Virus record (IMG/VR): IMGVR_UViG_3300042196_000264
Direction: 5' to 3' (one strand)
Length of the DNA: 64,000 bases
Source of the DNA: an uncultured virus (IMG/VR IMGVR_UViG_3300042196_000264)
Taxonomy: Duplodnaviria; Heunggongvirae; Uroviricota; Caudoviricetes
The notes under the pieces were generated by a model, which saw nothing but the letters and a program-made list of their open reading frames with translations, ran no database searches and was not told the DNA's origin. This document shows, one piece after another, positions 20,591-30,300 of the stretch (position 1 is its first letter; each line of letters starts with the position of its first letter). Position numbers and translations under genes: made by a program.

Positions 20591-20926
20591 ATGGCACGCA
20601 AGAAGAACATTGCCCACTCGCGCAAACGAAAGAACGGCTCCAAGACGGATGCTGCTCTCGGCGCTGGAACAGGCTCGCTCATCGGCGGAACGATCGGAGG
20701 TCTCACTGCCGGACCCATCGCGGCCTACGGTGGCTCGATCGTCGGTGGCATGCTCGGCACAGGACTGTTCGGAAAGAAGCCGTCCGGAAAGGCTCGCGTG
20801 AGCGCGACCGTCGGCGCAGCCCTCCTCGGACCCATCGGGGCTGGTGTCGGGGCGGCACTCGGAACAGACTCGAGCCGCGGTAGCAACATGAAGCGTCTCG
20901 CCAACCATCTCAAGAGGTACACATGA
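20591..20926 (+). CDS. Glycine-zipper protein ending KRLANHLKRYT
   Basis: GxxxG repeats. Confidence 0.7.
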   Translation: MARKKNIAHSRKRKNGSKTDAALGAGTGSLIGGTIGGLTAGPIAAYGGSIVGGMLGTGLFGKKPSGKARVSATVGAALLGPIGAGVGAALGTDSSRGSNMKRLANHLKRYT

Positions 20927-21108
20927 GCAAGGAAGAACTCGAAGCACGCGCGCGCGGGATCTCGGAGCGTCATGCCCAGAGGGCAGCGGACATCCATGTG
21001 CTCGCCATCAACAGGCTCGCCACGAGGCAAGCCGCAGCGGAAGCCAGAGCCGCCAGAGAAGCCGCCATGGCAGACGACCTAGCGGACGAACCAGATTCCG
21101 TGGCATAG
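20923..21108 (+). CDS. Small hypothetical protein
   Basis: ATGA coupling; contains NRLATR. Confidence 0.5.
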   Translation: MSKEELEARARGISERHAQRAADIHVLAINRLATRQAAAEARAAREAAMADDLADEPDSVA

Positions 21109-21152
21109 TACGGGCAACCGTCGCCGCCACACAACCCCGGAAGGAGGCCGCC

Positions 21153-21572
21153 ATGGCCAAGAAGCGAAGTAAGAAACGAGCCAAGAAGGCGGGCTCCGCC
21201 CGCAAGACCCGCCGCAAGAAGAACAGCTACGGGGCGAAGCGCCGTGCGCATAGGATCGGCGCCGCACTCGCCCGCCGCAAGCCCAACAAGAAGAAGCGCC
21301 GCAAGAAGGCCGGCAAGAAGCGTGCGAAGAAATCGACCACGCCCGCTTGCTCAACCGCCGCGACCGAGCTCGTCGACTGCCGCTGGGGCAAGAAGACGAG
21401 CAAGAAGAAGCGCGCGAAGAAGGCCGGCAAGAAGGCCGGCAAGAAGCGCTCGCGCAAGCGCAACACCGGCGTCCGCGTCGAGAGCTTCGGGCCGATGCTC
21501 CCTGCGTCATCGCCACGCAGCGCCAATCCTCAGCACATGGCGCGTCTCGCCAACCGCCTGAAGCGGGCCTGA
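21153..21572 (+). CDS. Histone H1-like K/R/A-rich DNA-binding protein ending RLANRLKRA
   Basis: AGGAGG RBS; KKAGKKRAKK repeats; RSANP before the tail. Confidence 0.8.
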   Translation: MAKKRSKKRAKKAGSARKTRRKKNSYGAKRRAHRIGAALARRKPNKKKRRKKAGKKRAKKSTTPACSTAATELVDCRWGKKTSKKKRAKKAGKKAGKKRSRKRNTGVRVESFGPMLPASSPRSANPQHMARLANRLKRA

Positions 21573-21655
21573 TCCAAAAAAAGCGCACGTAGGCTGCTTG
21601 GTGGAGGATGGAGGGGGACCAGTCCGCCACCAAGCAGCCGACCTACTGAAACGCC

Positions 21656-22162
21656 ATGATCCGCAGGAACCCAGAAGCCTGGGGACACATCCGCGACGCC
21701 GGGACACGAGACCGTCTACAGGAAGTCCTCGAGCGTGCCCAACTCGCACACGTCCGGCTCCTCGAAGCGAGCATGCGAAGGGACGCCCGCGAGTCCCGCT
21801 CGTGGGAGAGCCGCCTCGAAGCCGCAGAGAAGGACCTCGGAGACGCCGAGCGCGAGCACGGTCCCGCCTGGAGAAGGCCGAACCCGCGGGCCGACCTGAA
21901 GTACGACGCCTTCCTCTCCTACGCGAAGAAGGACCTCCTCGAGGCCCGCCGCGTCTTCGACAGCCAGGCGATCCGGCTCCTGGCGGCCAAGAGCGCCCTG
22001 TACTGGGCCGAGAAGGCCTACAGGATCTCACGACGTAGGAAGGACCCCATGCGTGTGGCGACGGCTGACCAGCTTCGCTGGGAGGCCACGAAGGAGATCG
22101 CGGCGCTGAGCCCGAGGCGCCCGAACGCAGGCCTGCTCAGACGGGCCCTCCTCCGCGCCTGA
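21656..22162 (+). CDS. Helical hypothetical protein
   Basis: MIRRNP start; RRPNP; ends LLRRALLRA. Confidence 0.7.
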   Translation: MIRRNPEAWGHIRDAGTRDRLQEVLERAQLAHVRLLEASMRRDARESRSWESRLEAAEKDLGDAEREHGPAWRRPNPRADLKYDAFLSYAKKDLLEARRVFDSQAIRLLAAKSALYWAEKAYRISRRRKDPMRVATADQLRWEATKEIAALSPRRPNAGLLRRALLRA

Positions 22163-22236
22163 GCCTACCCAGGAGGGGCCCTGAGCAGGCTGGTTCAAAA
22201 CCGTGTAGGCTACGTAACAGAGCCCAGGAGACGCCC

Positions 22237-22671
22237 ATGGCCAGCCGCATGTACAACCGGGGGATGTTCGAGTTCATCGGTCAGACGACAAACTTCGACA
22301 CCGGAGCGATCGTCATGATGCTGATGACCTCGGCGTACTCGTTCAACCCCGACAGCAACTTCGTCTCCGATATTGTCGCCAACGAGATCTCGACGACCAA
22401 CTACGTACGCCAGTCCCTCGCAAACACGACGGTCACCGAGGACGACACGAACGATCGGGTGGTCCTCGACGCCGACGACGTGACGATCAACAACCTCGGG
22501 CCAGCATCCGGAGGTCCAACGGTTGGTGGCGCCGTCATCGAGAGGAACACGGGCTCGGACGCATCTTCCCCGCTCCTCTCCTTCAACGACTTCACCGACA
22601 CCCAGGTGAACGGTGGAAACTTCACGGTCCAGTGGGCCTCGGGTGGCCTGATCACTGCGACCTCTCCATGA
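22237..22671 (+). CDS. Phage fibre-module protein
   Basis: AGGAG RBS; LDADDVT...NGGNFTVQW pattern seen in proteins of phage fibre loci. Confidence 0.65.
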   Translation: MASRMYNRGMFEFIGQTTNFDTGAIVMMLMTSAYSFNPDSNFVSDIVANEISTTNYVRQSLANTTVTEDDTNDRVVLDADDVTINNLGPASGGPTVGGAVIERNTGSDASSPLLSFNDFTDTQVNGGNFTVQWASGGLITATSP

Positions 22672-22679
22672 GGTGAACC

Positions 22680-23222
22680 ATGACCGATGTACTCGTCAGC
22701 GTTGGAGTTCCGACTAGCGCGCTCCCAAAGCTGGAGTGGAGACCTGGAGATGGGAAGCTCGAGTCGAGCCACGGTCCCTACAGCGTTTCCATGGTCCAGG
22801 AAGGCGAACACTGGATCGCCGAGGTGAGGCGCGGCGATGCCAGGATGAGTCGTACGAAGGGACTCGATCAGTCCGGTGTCATGCGCTCGGTCGCGAAGGT
22901 GATCATGAATCTGATGTCCATCGAGAAGGACTTGGGTTCCTGCAAGTCGTGCGGCGGAGTCACACATCCACGGAAAATGATCGGTGATGAGATCGTACTC
23001 CTCGACAAATCCAAGGTTCCCCACGCGGAGAAGTACACCATGTGGGATGAGATCGTTGGAGATCGGACAGGAGACGATCATGTGACAAAATTTCGCGGTC
23101 GTGTCATCGAGATCCGCAAGGATCAACTCGTGGTGAGGTTGCTCACCGATAAGAGCGCTGTCGACTACCGTTGCCACAACCCGGAGTGCAAGGATCGCGG
23201 GAAGCGCGTCTCACACTCCTGA
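22680..23222 (+). CDS. Hypothetical protein (CxxC...CxxxxC)
   Basis: GAGGTG RBS; 180 aa. Confidence 0.65.
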   Translation: MTDVLVSVGVPTSALPKLEWRPGDGKLESSHGPYSVSMVQEGEHWIAEVRRGDARMSRTKGLDQSGVMRSVAKVIMNLMSIEKDLGSCKSCGGVTHPRKMIGDEIVLLDKSKVPHAEKYTMWDEIVGDRTGDDHVTKFRGRVIEIRKDQLVVRLLTDKSAVDYRCHNPECKDRGKRVSHS

Positions 23223-23234
23223 CCCTGAGGTAAC

Positions 23235-24050
23235 GTGGCTGGGTTCTCGAGCTACGACGACATCATCAATGAGGTGACGGTCAACGGCAAGGGCCTCGAC
23301 TGGAACTTCTTCAAGATCGGCCCGACGATGGAGGGCGCGGGAGTCTGGGGATCGCACTGGTACGCGTCCGGGTCTCCTGGTGCAGGTTCTAATCCTGCTG
23401 CAACTCCTGGAACAGCCTACGATGATGATGTCGGTTCGATCTACTTCGCAGACACGACCACGGATCAGAAACACATCCTCACCTTCGGAGCTGCAGCGTC
23501 TCAGAACTGCACGCTGATGCTCTACGACCGGCTCGTAGGCGTTTCGGGCCTGAGCGTCGCATCCACCGGGAACAAAACGGTCAGCAGCACGGGGCTCCCA
23601 CGCTACACGAGTTCAGCGGCCTCGGTGGTCGAGGCCTGGCTCGAGGTCACCACGGCCACGACCACCACGGCCGCGATCGTGTCGATGAACAGCTACACGA
23701 ACGAGGGTGGCACCACGGGCCGTGCCGGAGGCACCGTGACCTTCCCCGCGACGGCCACGGACGTCCGCACGATGATCAAGATGCCGCTCCAAGCCGGTGA
23801 CAAGGGCGTGCAGGCCTGCAGCACGATCAACGTCGCCACGGCCGCCTCCGCCGGTGTCGTCAACTTCCTCCTGATCCGCCCGCTCGTCTTCCTCCCGCTC
23901 ATCGCCAACATCTGGAATGAGCGCGACTGCGTGCTCCAGTTTACGTCTCTTCCGCGCGTGTTCGATGGGGCATCGCTTGCGATCGCTCAGCTTGCAACCG
24001 CAACGACCGCTACCAACGTGTGGGGTAGGATCAACCTTGCGTACGGCTGA
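23235..24050 (+). CDS. Structural/fibre-associated protein, paralogue 1
   Basis: LMLYDRL...LPRYT...WLEVTT domain present four times in the locus. Confidence 0.75.
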   Translation: MAGFSSYDDIINEVTVNGKGLDWNFFKIGPTMEGAGVWGSHWYASGSPGAGSNPAATPGTAYDDDVGSIYFADTTTDQKHILTFGAAASQNCTLMLYDRLVGVSGLSVASTGNKTVSSTGLPRYTSSAASVVEAWLEVTTATTTTAAIVSMNSYTNEGGTTGRAGGTVTFPATATDVRTMIKMPLQAGDKGVQACSTINVATAASAGVVNFLLIRPLVFLPLIANIWNERDCVLQFTSLPRVFDGASLAIAQLATATTATNVWGRINLAYG

Positions 24051-24055
24051 CCACC

Positions 24056-24871
24056 ATGCCCGGCTTCACCAGCTACGACGACATCATCAACGATGTGACA
24101 GTCTGGGGCCAGTGCTTCGAGTGGAACTTCTGGAAGCAGGGGCCCACGATGGAGGGCGCGGGCGTCTGGGCGTCACTCTGGTACGAGGAAGGATCTCCTC
24201 GCGGCGGCGGAAACCCAGCGACGACTCCAGGCGAGACCTACGCCAACCACGCCAACAGCCTGTGGTTTCCGCCCACGAGCGACGACAGGAAATTCTTGGT
24301 CACAGTAGGTGCAGTCGCGACGCAGAACTGCACGTTGATGGTCTACGACAGGCTCGTTGGGGTGGGTGGCCTGAGCGTCGCCTCCACCGGGAACAAGACG
24401 GTCAACGGCGTCGCGCTTCCACGGTATACTGGCGCTTCGGCCTCGGTCGTGGAGGCCTGGCTCGAGGTCACCACCGCCACCACCACGACAGCCGCGGTCG
24501 TCTCCATGAACAACTACACGAACCAGGGCGGCACAGGCGGCCGTTCCGGAGGTAACGTGACCTTCCCCGCGACCGCAACTGACGTTCGTACCATGATCAA
24601 GCTGCCACTCCAGGCCGGGGACAAAGGCGTGCAAGACTGCAGTTCGATCAACGTGGGCACGGCCGCCTCGGCAGGCGTCGTCAACTTCCTGCTGATCCGT
24701 CCTCTCGCGTTCATCCCCCTTCTCGCCAACATCTGGAACGAGAAGGACCTCGTCCTCCAGTTTCCGTCCATGGCACGGGTCTTCGACGGGGCTTCGCTGT
24801 CACTGGCTCTGCTCGCGACCGGAACCACAGCCACCAACGTCTACGGCACCATGAAAGCAGCGTACGGGTGA
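24056..24871 (+). CDS. Structural/fibre-associated protein, paralogue 2
   Basis: Full-length similarity to ORF 23235. Confidence 0.75.
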   Translation: MPGFTSYDDIINDVTVWGQCFEWNFWKQGPTMEGAGVWASLWYEEGSPRGGGNPATTPGETYANHANSLWFPPTSDDRKFLVTVGAVATQNCTLMVYDRLVGVGGLSVASTGNKTVNGVALPRYTGASASVVEAWLEVTTATTTTAAVVSMNNYTNQGGTGGRSGGNVTFPATATDVRTMIKLPLQAGDKGVQDCSSINVGTAASAGVVNFLLIRPLAFIPLLANIWNEKDLVLQFPSMARVFDGASLSLALLATGTTATNVYGTMKAAYG

Positions 24872-24875
24872 ATCA

Positions 24876-25133
24876 ATGGCCCTCATGAACGCATCCCAGA
24901 TCTCCAGGGTCCACGCGAAGCTCGTTCAACTCCTGAAGGAACGCGCATCTGACTTTGGAGGCAACTTTCAGGACCTCGACAACGCGATCTCCGACTGCGA
25001 TGCCTTCGCGGACGCCAACGGGACATCCATGCGGAACGCAATCCGCGCTGGGATCCGTCCTCTCTTCAACGCTCGCATGACCGCCGAGCTCTATCAGGAA
25101 GTCTTCCGACTCCGGATCCAGGACGGACTCTAA
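24876..25133 (+). CDS. Hypothetical protein
   Basis: 85 aa, in operon. Confidence 0.6.
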   Translation: MALMNASQISRVHAKLVQLLKERASDFGGNFQDLDNAISDCDAFADANGTSMRNAIRAGIRPLFNARMTAELYQEVFRLRIQDGL

Positions 25134-25633
25134 TGGCTTCTGGCGACCCCATGCTCCAGGTTTGCCGAGCGATCCCTCCGGGGTCCTCGGCTCCAGCAGG
25201 CATGTTCTACCCCGGCGGCAGCTCTCCTCCAGAGAGTTGGTTTGTGTGGGATTTCGACGACACAGCCGTCGAGGTCCTGGACTTTCACTGCGTGCTCGCG
25301 CCAACGTACTCGGGCGGTGGCGTGACTGGCGGGTTGATCTGGGGGAGGGCAGTCGGAACGAGTGCTGTGAACTGTATCTGGGAAATTGCCTTCCGAGCGA
25401 TCGTCGATGACGTGACAGACACGGACAACTCGTTCACCTACGACTTCAACCAGGTCACAGCGTCGGCTCCGGGCGCCGTAGGAAGGTTCGTGTACGATGC
25501 GATCCCGTTTACGAACGGGGCGGACATGGACTCAGTGGGAGCAGGCATGGCCTTCGTGGCAAGGATCCGTCGCAATGGCGGGACCCTTACGGGAGACGCT
25601 CGTCTCCGAGATTTCACCCTGAGAGAGACGTGA
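25133..25633 (+). CDS. Hypothetical beta-rich structural protein
   Basis: TAATG coupling; 166 aa. Confidence 0.65.
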   Translation: MASGDPMLQVCRAIPPGSSAPAGMFYPGGSSPPESWFVWDFDDTAVEVLDFHCVLAPTYSGGGVTGGLIWGRAVGTSAVNCIWEIAFRAIVDDVTDTDNSFTYDFNQVTASAPGAVGRFVYDAIPFTNGADMDSVGAGMAFVARIRRNGGTLTGDARLRDFTLRET

Positions 25634-25637
25634 GATC

Positions 25638-27164
25638 GTGGCTCGCCACATCGTCTATGGCGGTGCGGTCGCAGACCTGATCACCTGGCCAGACAGCACG
25701 CTGATCCGAACGCCATCCGCCGCGGTGACGCTGGGGTGCTGGGTCAACATCACGGGCTCTGGGCAGGGCAACACTGTTGTTCTAGGAAAGAGGCACGGCA
25801 CTACGTTCCACACGTGGAGCATTGCTAGCTTTTTCTCCGCCCCACTCGACCAGCTTGCATACATCAGCGTGAGCGGTACGCTTTACAGCACTGCAAATGC
25901 GACGCTGACCGCGAACACCTGGTATTTCGTCGTTGCCAAGTGGGCGAGCGGTGGACGACTCTTCTTCCAGGCCTATACGGCCGATGGCGTCAAGGCCTTC
26001 GAAACTGACAACGGTTCCAATATCTCCGGCACGATCGACTACGACACCGGAGTGCTCATGTGCGGTCAGTCCGATGACCTTTCCTCCAACCAGGGCGACT
26101 TCTACGTCGCCAATGGATTCGCCTCGAGCGTCGCCTTGGCGGACAACGAGATCTTCGGTTTCGCGAAAGCCTCCGGAGTGGTACCTCGCGGAGTCGTCTT
26201 CATGGCTCCGTTCACGGGTATCAGCGACCCCGAGCCAGACTTCGCTGGCGGAGCTCAGGGCACCGTCACGAGCGCGCCACCAAATGCCGAGGGCCCGCCT
26301 GTGCTCATGGCCCCCATGGCTGGCGACTGGCAACCGGAAATGACGATGGTCAAGTCTGGATGGCCGACCTACGCGGCATTCAAGTCGAACGTCGACGACA
26401 ACAAAATGTTCGAGGAGTTCTTCTACAAGACCGGACCTACGAACGAGGGCGCGGGCTTCTGGACGTCACTCTGGTACGCGGCGGGCAAGCCGGCGGCAGG
26501 AGCGGACCCTGCGGCGACTCCAGGAACCGCCTACAGCAGCGCAGCGGGATCTCTGTTTTTCCCGGCAACCTATCCGTACGGCCGTTTCCTCGTTCAGATC
26601 GGAGCAATCGCGACGCAGAACTGCGTGCTCATGCTCTATGACAGGCTCGTTGGGGTCTCCGGCCTGAGCGTCGCCTCCACGGGCGACAAGACGGTGAACA
26701 GCATCGCGCTTCCACGGTATTCCGGCCCGCCGGATGTCTACAACGTGGAGGCCTGGCTCGAGATCACCACCGTCACCGCGACCACCGCGCCCATCGTGAC
26801 CATGAACAGCTACACGAACGGAGCCGGGACAGCGGGTCAGGGTGGAGTTGCAACAGGCTTCCCCGCGGCTGTGACGGACGTGCGCACGATGGTACGGCTC
26901 AAGCTCGACACGGCCAGCCGCGGAGTCAAGGCGTGCGCCACGATCAACGTGGGCACGGCCGCATCCGCCGGCGTCGTCAACTTTCTGCTGATCCGTCCGC
27001 TCGCGTACATGAACCTCCGCGCCAACATGTGGACCGAGAAGGACCTGCTCGTTCAGATGTCTTCCTTCGTGGGCCTGCAGTCCGGGCACTCGCTCGCGCT
27101 CGCCATGCTCGCGACGGGCACGACTGCGGCCAACATCGAGGGCACGATCAAGGCGGCGTACTGA
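25638..27164 (+). CDS. LamG/concanavalin A-like domain fused to paralogue 3
   Basis: VTLGCWVN...NTWYFVVAKW pattern, followed by the YDRL domain. Confidence 0.7.
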   Translation: MARHIVYGGAVADLITWPDSTLIRTPSAAVTLGCWVNITGSGQGNTVVLGKRHGTTFHTWSIASFFSAPLDQLAYISVSGTLYSTANATLTANTWYFVVAKWASGGRLFFQAYTADGVKAFETDNGSNISGTIDYDTGVLMCGQSDDLSSNQGDFYVANGFASSVALADNEIFGFAKASGVVPRGVVFMAPFTGISDPEPDFAGGAQGTVTSAPPNAEGPPVLMAPMAGDWQPEMTMVKSGWPTYAAFKSNVDDNKMFEEFFYKTGPTNEGAGFWTSLWYAAGKPAAGADPAATPGTAYSSAAGSLFFPATYPYGRFLVQIGAIATQNCVLMLYDRLVGVSGLSVASTGDKTVNSIALPRYSGPPDVYNVEAWLEITTVTATTAPIVTMNSYTNGAGTAGQGGVATGFPAAVTDVRTMVRLKLDTASRGVKACATINVGTAASAGVVNFLLIRPLAYMNLRANMWTEKDLLVQMSSFVGLQSGHSLALAMLATGTTAANIEGTIKAAY

Positions 27165-27976
27165 TGGCTGGCTTCGGATCCTACTCGGCAGTGATCTCTG
27201 CGCTCAACGCAGGGGCAAGGCTCGAGTACCAGTTCTACAAGGTCGGCCCCACGAATGAGGGAGCCGGCGTGTGGACGTCACTTTGGTACGCCGGGAGCGC
27301 GCCAGCTGCAGGAACGGATCCTGCTGCTACCCCGGGCACCGCCTACACGAACGCTGCCGGATCGATCCAGTTTCCAAACACGTCCACCGCCACCAACTGG
27401 ATGCTGGACCTGAACGCTACAGCCACGCAGGACGGCACGCTGATGCTCTACGACCGGCTCGTGGGTGTGTCGGGCCTGAGCGTGGCCACCACGGGCAACA
27501 AGACGGTGAGCAGCACGGGACTCCCGCGCTACACGAGCTCGGCGGCCTCGGTGGTGGAAGCCTGGCTCGAGGTCACCACCGCCACGACCACGACGGCTGC
27601 GATCGTGTCGATGAACAGCTACACGAACGAGGGTGGCACCACGGGCCGTGCCGGAGGCACCGTGACCTTCCCCGCGACGGCCACGGACGTGCGGACGATG
27701 ATCAAGCTGCCGCTCCAGGCCGGGGACAAGGGCGTGCAGGCCTGCAGCACGATCAATGTCGCCACAGCAGCCGCCGCAGGTGTCGTCAATTTCGTCCTGC
27801 TCAGGCCGATCATGTACGTCCCACTTCTTGCGAACATCGACTCGCGCATGTCCTGCCTCTTCGATGCTTCCCGAACGATGAGGGTTTTCGACGGGGCCTC
27901 GCTCGCCTTCGCCTGGCTTGCCACAGGCACCACCGCAGCCACGGTCACAGGTGACCTCAGGATCTCCTACGCATGA
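27164..27976 (+). CDS. Structural/fibre-associated protein, paralogue 4
   Basis: ATG at 27164 (MAGFGSY); central region identical in protein to paralogue 1. Confidence 0.75.
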   Translation: MAGFGSYSAVISALNAGARLEYQFYKVGPTNEGAGVWTSLWYAGSAPAAGTDPAATPGTAYTNAAGSIQFPNTSTATNWMLDLNATATQDGTLMLYDRLVGVSGLSVATTGNKTVSSTGLPRYTSSAASVVEAWLEVTTATTTTAAIVSMNSYTNEGGTTGRAGGTVTFPATATDVRTMIKLPLQAGDKGVQACSTINVATAAAAGVVNFVLLRPIMYVPLLANIDSRMSCLFDASRTMRVFDGASLAFAWLATGTTAATVTGDLRISYA

Positions 27977-30297
27977 GCGGCAGAAGTCAGATGTTCGGAA
28001 GGTCAGTGAACTGGCCGGGGGCACTCAATTTCTACCCCTGGCGGAAGTTCTACTACTCGATCCCAGACAATTCGGAGTGGCGCGGTGCTCAGACTGGGTC
28101 GCCGATCCCGATCAAGGATCAGCTGCTCATGACGCCGGCAGCGGCGTCCTTTCTGTTCACGGTGAACGACGCGACCGCGAGCACGACGACCTCATCCCAG
28201 ACGGTCACGCCAGCAGCATCTTCGTTCCTGTTCACGTCGAACGACCCGACCGCCGTGGCAGGCACCGTGACAGTGTCCCCGACCGCATCGTCGTTCCTGT
28301 TCACCGCGAACAACCCGGCACTCTTGACGCCCGTGACGCTAGCGACCGCAGCTGCCTCATGGCTGTTCACCGCCAACGACCCGACGCCAGTCGCTGGTGG
28401 CGTCACGACTGCACCTGCCGCGGCTTCGTTCCTGTTCACAGCCAACGACCCATCTGCGGTAGCTGGTGGCGTTACCGTCGCACCGAACGCCAGTGCGTTT
28501 CAGTTCACAGCCAACGACGGATCCCTGTCAACTCCTGTCACGCTGTCACCTGCCGCGTCATCGTTCCTATTCACCGCCAACGATGGAACCGCGGCAGCGG
28601 GGTCCGTAACCGCGGCTCCTGCGGCAGCCGCCTTCCAGTTCTCGGTCAACGATCCGACTCCCATCGCTGGAGGCGTGACGGTCGCCCCGAATGCTTCTGC
28701 CTTCGTCTTCACCGCCAACGACCCTGCTCTCTCGACGCCCGTCACGCTCACCCCCGATGCCGCGCCATTCCTTTTTGCAGCGAACGACCCGACGCCAGTC
28801 GCCGGAGGTGTCACCACTGCACCTGCATCAGCAGGTTTCGTCTTCACGGCCAACGATCCATCGCTCTCAACTCCTGTCACGCTCACTCCTGATGCTGCCC
28901 CACTCCTCTTCACGTCCAACGATGCCACACCCGTCGTCGGAAGTGTGACGGTCGCCCCGAACGCATCTGCCTTCGTCTTCACAGCCAACGATCCAGCAGC
29001 GCTGCCGGGGCTCGTCACGCTCACACCGGACGCCGCCCCTTTCCTTTTCACGGCCAACGATCCATCTGCCAACGCAGGTGCAGTCACGTTGACGCCAGCT
29101 GCAGCGCCGCTGCAGTTCACAGCCAACGATCCCTCCGCGCTTACGGGCGCAGTCACACTCTCACCTGCGGCCGCACCCTTCCAGTTCACATCCAACGACC
29201 CGTCCGCAAGTACAGCCACGATCGTTTCTCCAGATGCTGCCTCGCTGCTGTTCACAGCGAACGATCCCGCATCCGCGGCAGGAGCCGTTACGGTCTCGCC
29301 TGCCTCGAGCGCCTTTCAGTTCGCGGCCAACGACCCCACGGTGCTCTCCACGGTCATTATCTCACCTGCCGCAGCGTCTTTTCTGTTTTCCGCGAACGAC
29401 CCAACCGCCGTGGCTGGAGGTGTCACGCTCACACCAGACGCAGCTCCGCTCGTCTTCTCAGCCAACGACGCCACACCCAACACGCCAGCCACCGTCTCAC
29501 CGGCCGCCGCTCCCCTCCTGTTCACCGCCAACGATCCTACCCCGATCACAGGCGCCGTCGTGGTCGTCGCGAGCGCATCTCCGCTCGAGTTCAATGTTCA
29601 GGACCCCACTGTCGCTGCGGTCATCGTTCTCGTTCCTGGGGCCGCCCCGTTCGAGTTCACCGCCAACGACACCACAGCCTCGAGCGTAACGACCGTTTTC
29701 CCGACAGCCTCCGACCTCATCTTCACCGCCAACGACCCCACCGTCTCCACCACCGCGGACACGACGGTCACCCCTGCAGCCGCCACCTGGCTCTTCACCG
29801 CCCAAGACGCCGAAGCGATCCCCGGACCCGTCAGCGTAGCCCCCGCCCCCGCCCCCTGGGAATTCTCCGCCAACGACCCCGTCGCCACAGGCACCGTCCT
29901 GGTGACCCCGGAGGCCGCCCCCTTCGTGTTCACGGCCTTGGACCCCTCCGTGGCCGCCGGGGCCATCCTCGTCGCCCCAGCGGCCGCTCCGTGGCTCTGG
30001 CTGGCCCACGACGCCACGGCCTTCTCGCCGCCTCCCACTCCGCCCGCCCCACCCGTCGTCAAGATCGGTGGTGGCGGAGGTGGCGGCTGGCTCCCCATCG
30101 GTCCGCCGCTGCGCGTAAACCCCGCATACGCGTACGGGCCGCCGCTCCGGGTCCCTCCGCCTGTCGCGGGATTTGGGGTCCGCTCGGAGGGCCCCCCCGT
30201 CGTCTTCGTGCAGGCCTTCCGTTACGACGGGTGGCCACTCCGGGTATCCTTGACGAGGACGCCGCCGCCTCCACCCATTCGACCGAAAAAGCGCTGA
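27973..30297 (+). CDS. Repetitive fibre/stalk-like protein
   Basis: About 28 repeats of 22-24 aa with consensus V-T-x-x-P-x-A-A-x-F-x-F-T-A-N-D-P; Pro-rich C-terminus. Confidence 0.8.
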   Translation: MSGRSQMFGRSVNWPGALNFYPWRKFYYSIPDNSEWRGAQTGSPIPIKDQLLMTPAAASFLFTVNDATASTTTSSQTVTPAASSFLFTSNDPTAVAGTVTVSPTASSFLFTANNPALLTPVTLATAAASWLFTANDPTPVAGGVTTAPAAASFLFTANDPSAVAGGVTVAPNASAFQFTANDGSLSTPVTLSPAASSFLFTANDGTAAAGSVTAAPAAAAFQFSVNDPTPIAGGVTVAPNASAFVFTANDPALSTPVTLTPDAAPFLFAANDPTPVAGGVTTAPASAGFVFTANDPSLSTPVTLTPDAAPLLFTSNDATPVVGSVTVAPNASAFVFTANDPAALPGLVTLTPDAAPFLFTANDPSANAGAVTLTPAAAPLQFTANDPSALTGAVTLSPAAAPFQFTSNDPSASTATIVSPDAASLLFTANDPASAAGAVTVSPASSAFQFAANDPTVLSTVIISPAAASFLFSANDPTAVAGGVTLTPDAAPLVFSANDATPNTPATVSPAAAPLLFTANDPTPITGAVVVVASASPLEFNVQDPTVAAVIVLVPGAAPFEFTANDTTASSVTTVFPTASDLIFTANDPTVSTTADTTVTPAAATWLFTAQDAEAIPGPVSVAPAPAPWEFSANDPVATGTVLVTPEAAPFVFTALDPSVAAGAILVAPAAAPWLWLAHDATAFSPPPTPPAPPVVKIGGGGGGGWLPIGPPLRVNPAYAYGPPLRVPPPVAGFGVRSEGPPVVFVQAFRYDGWPLRVSLTRTPPPPPIRPKKR

Positions 30298-30300
30298 GAC

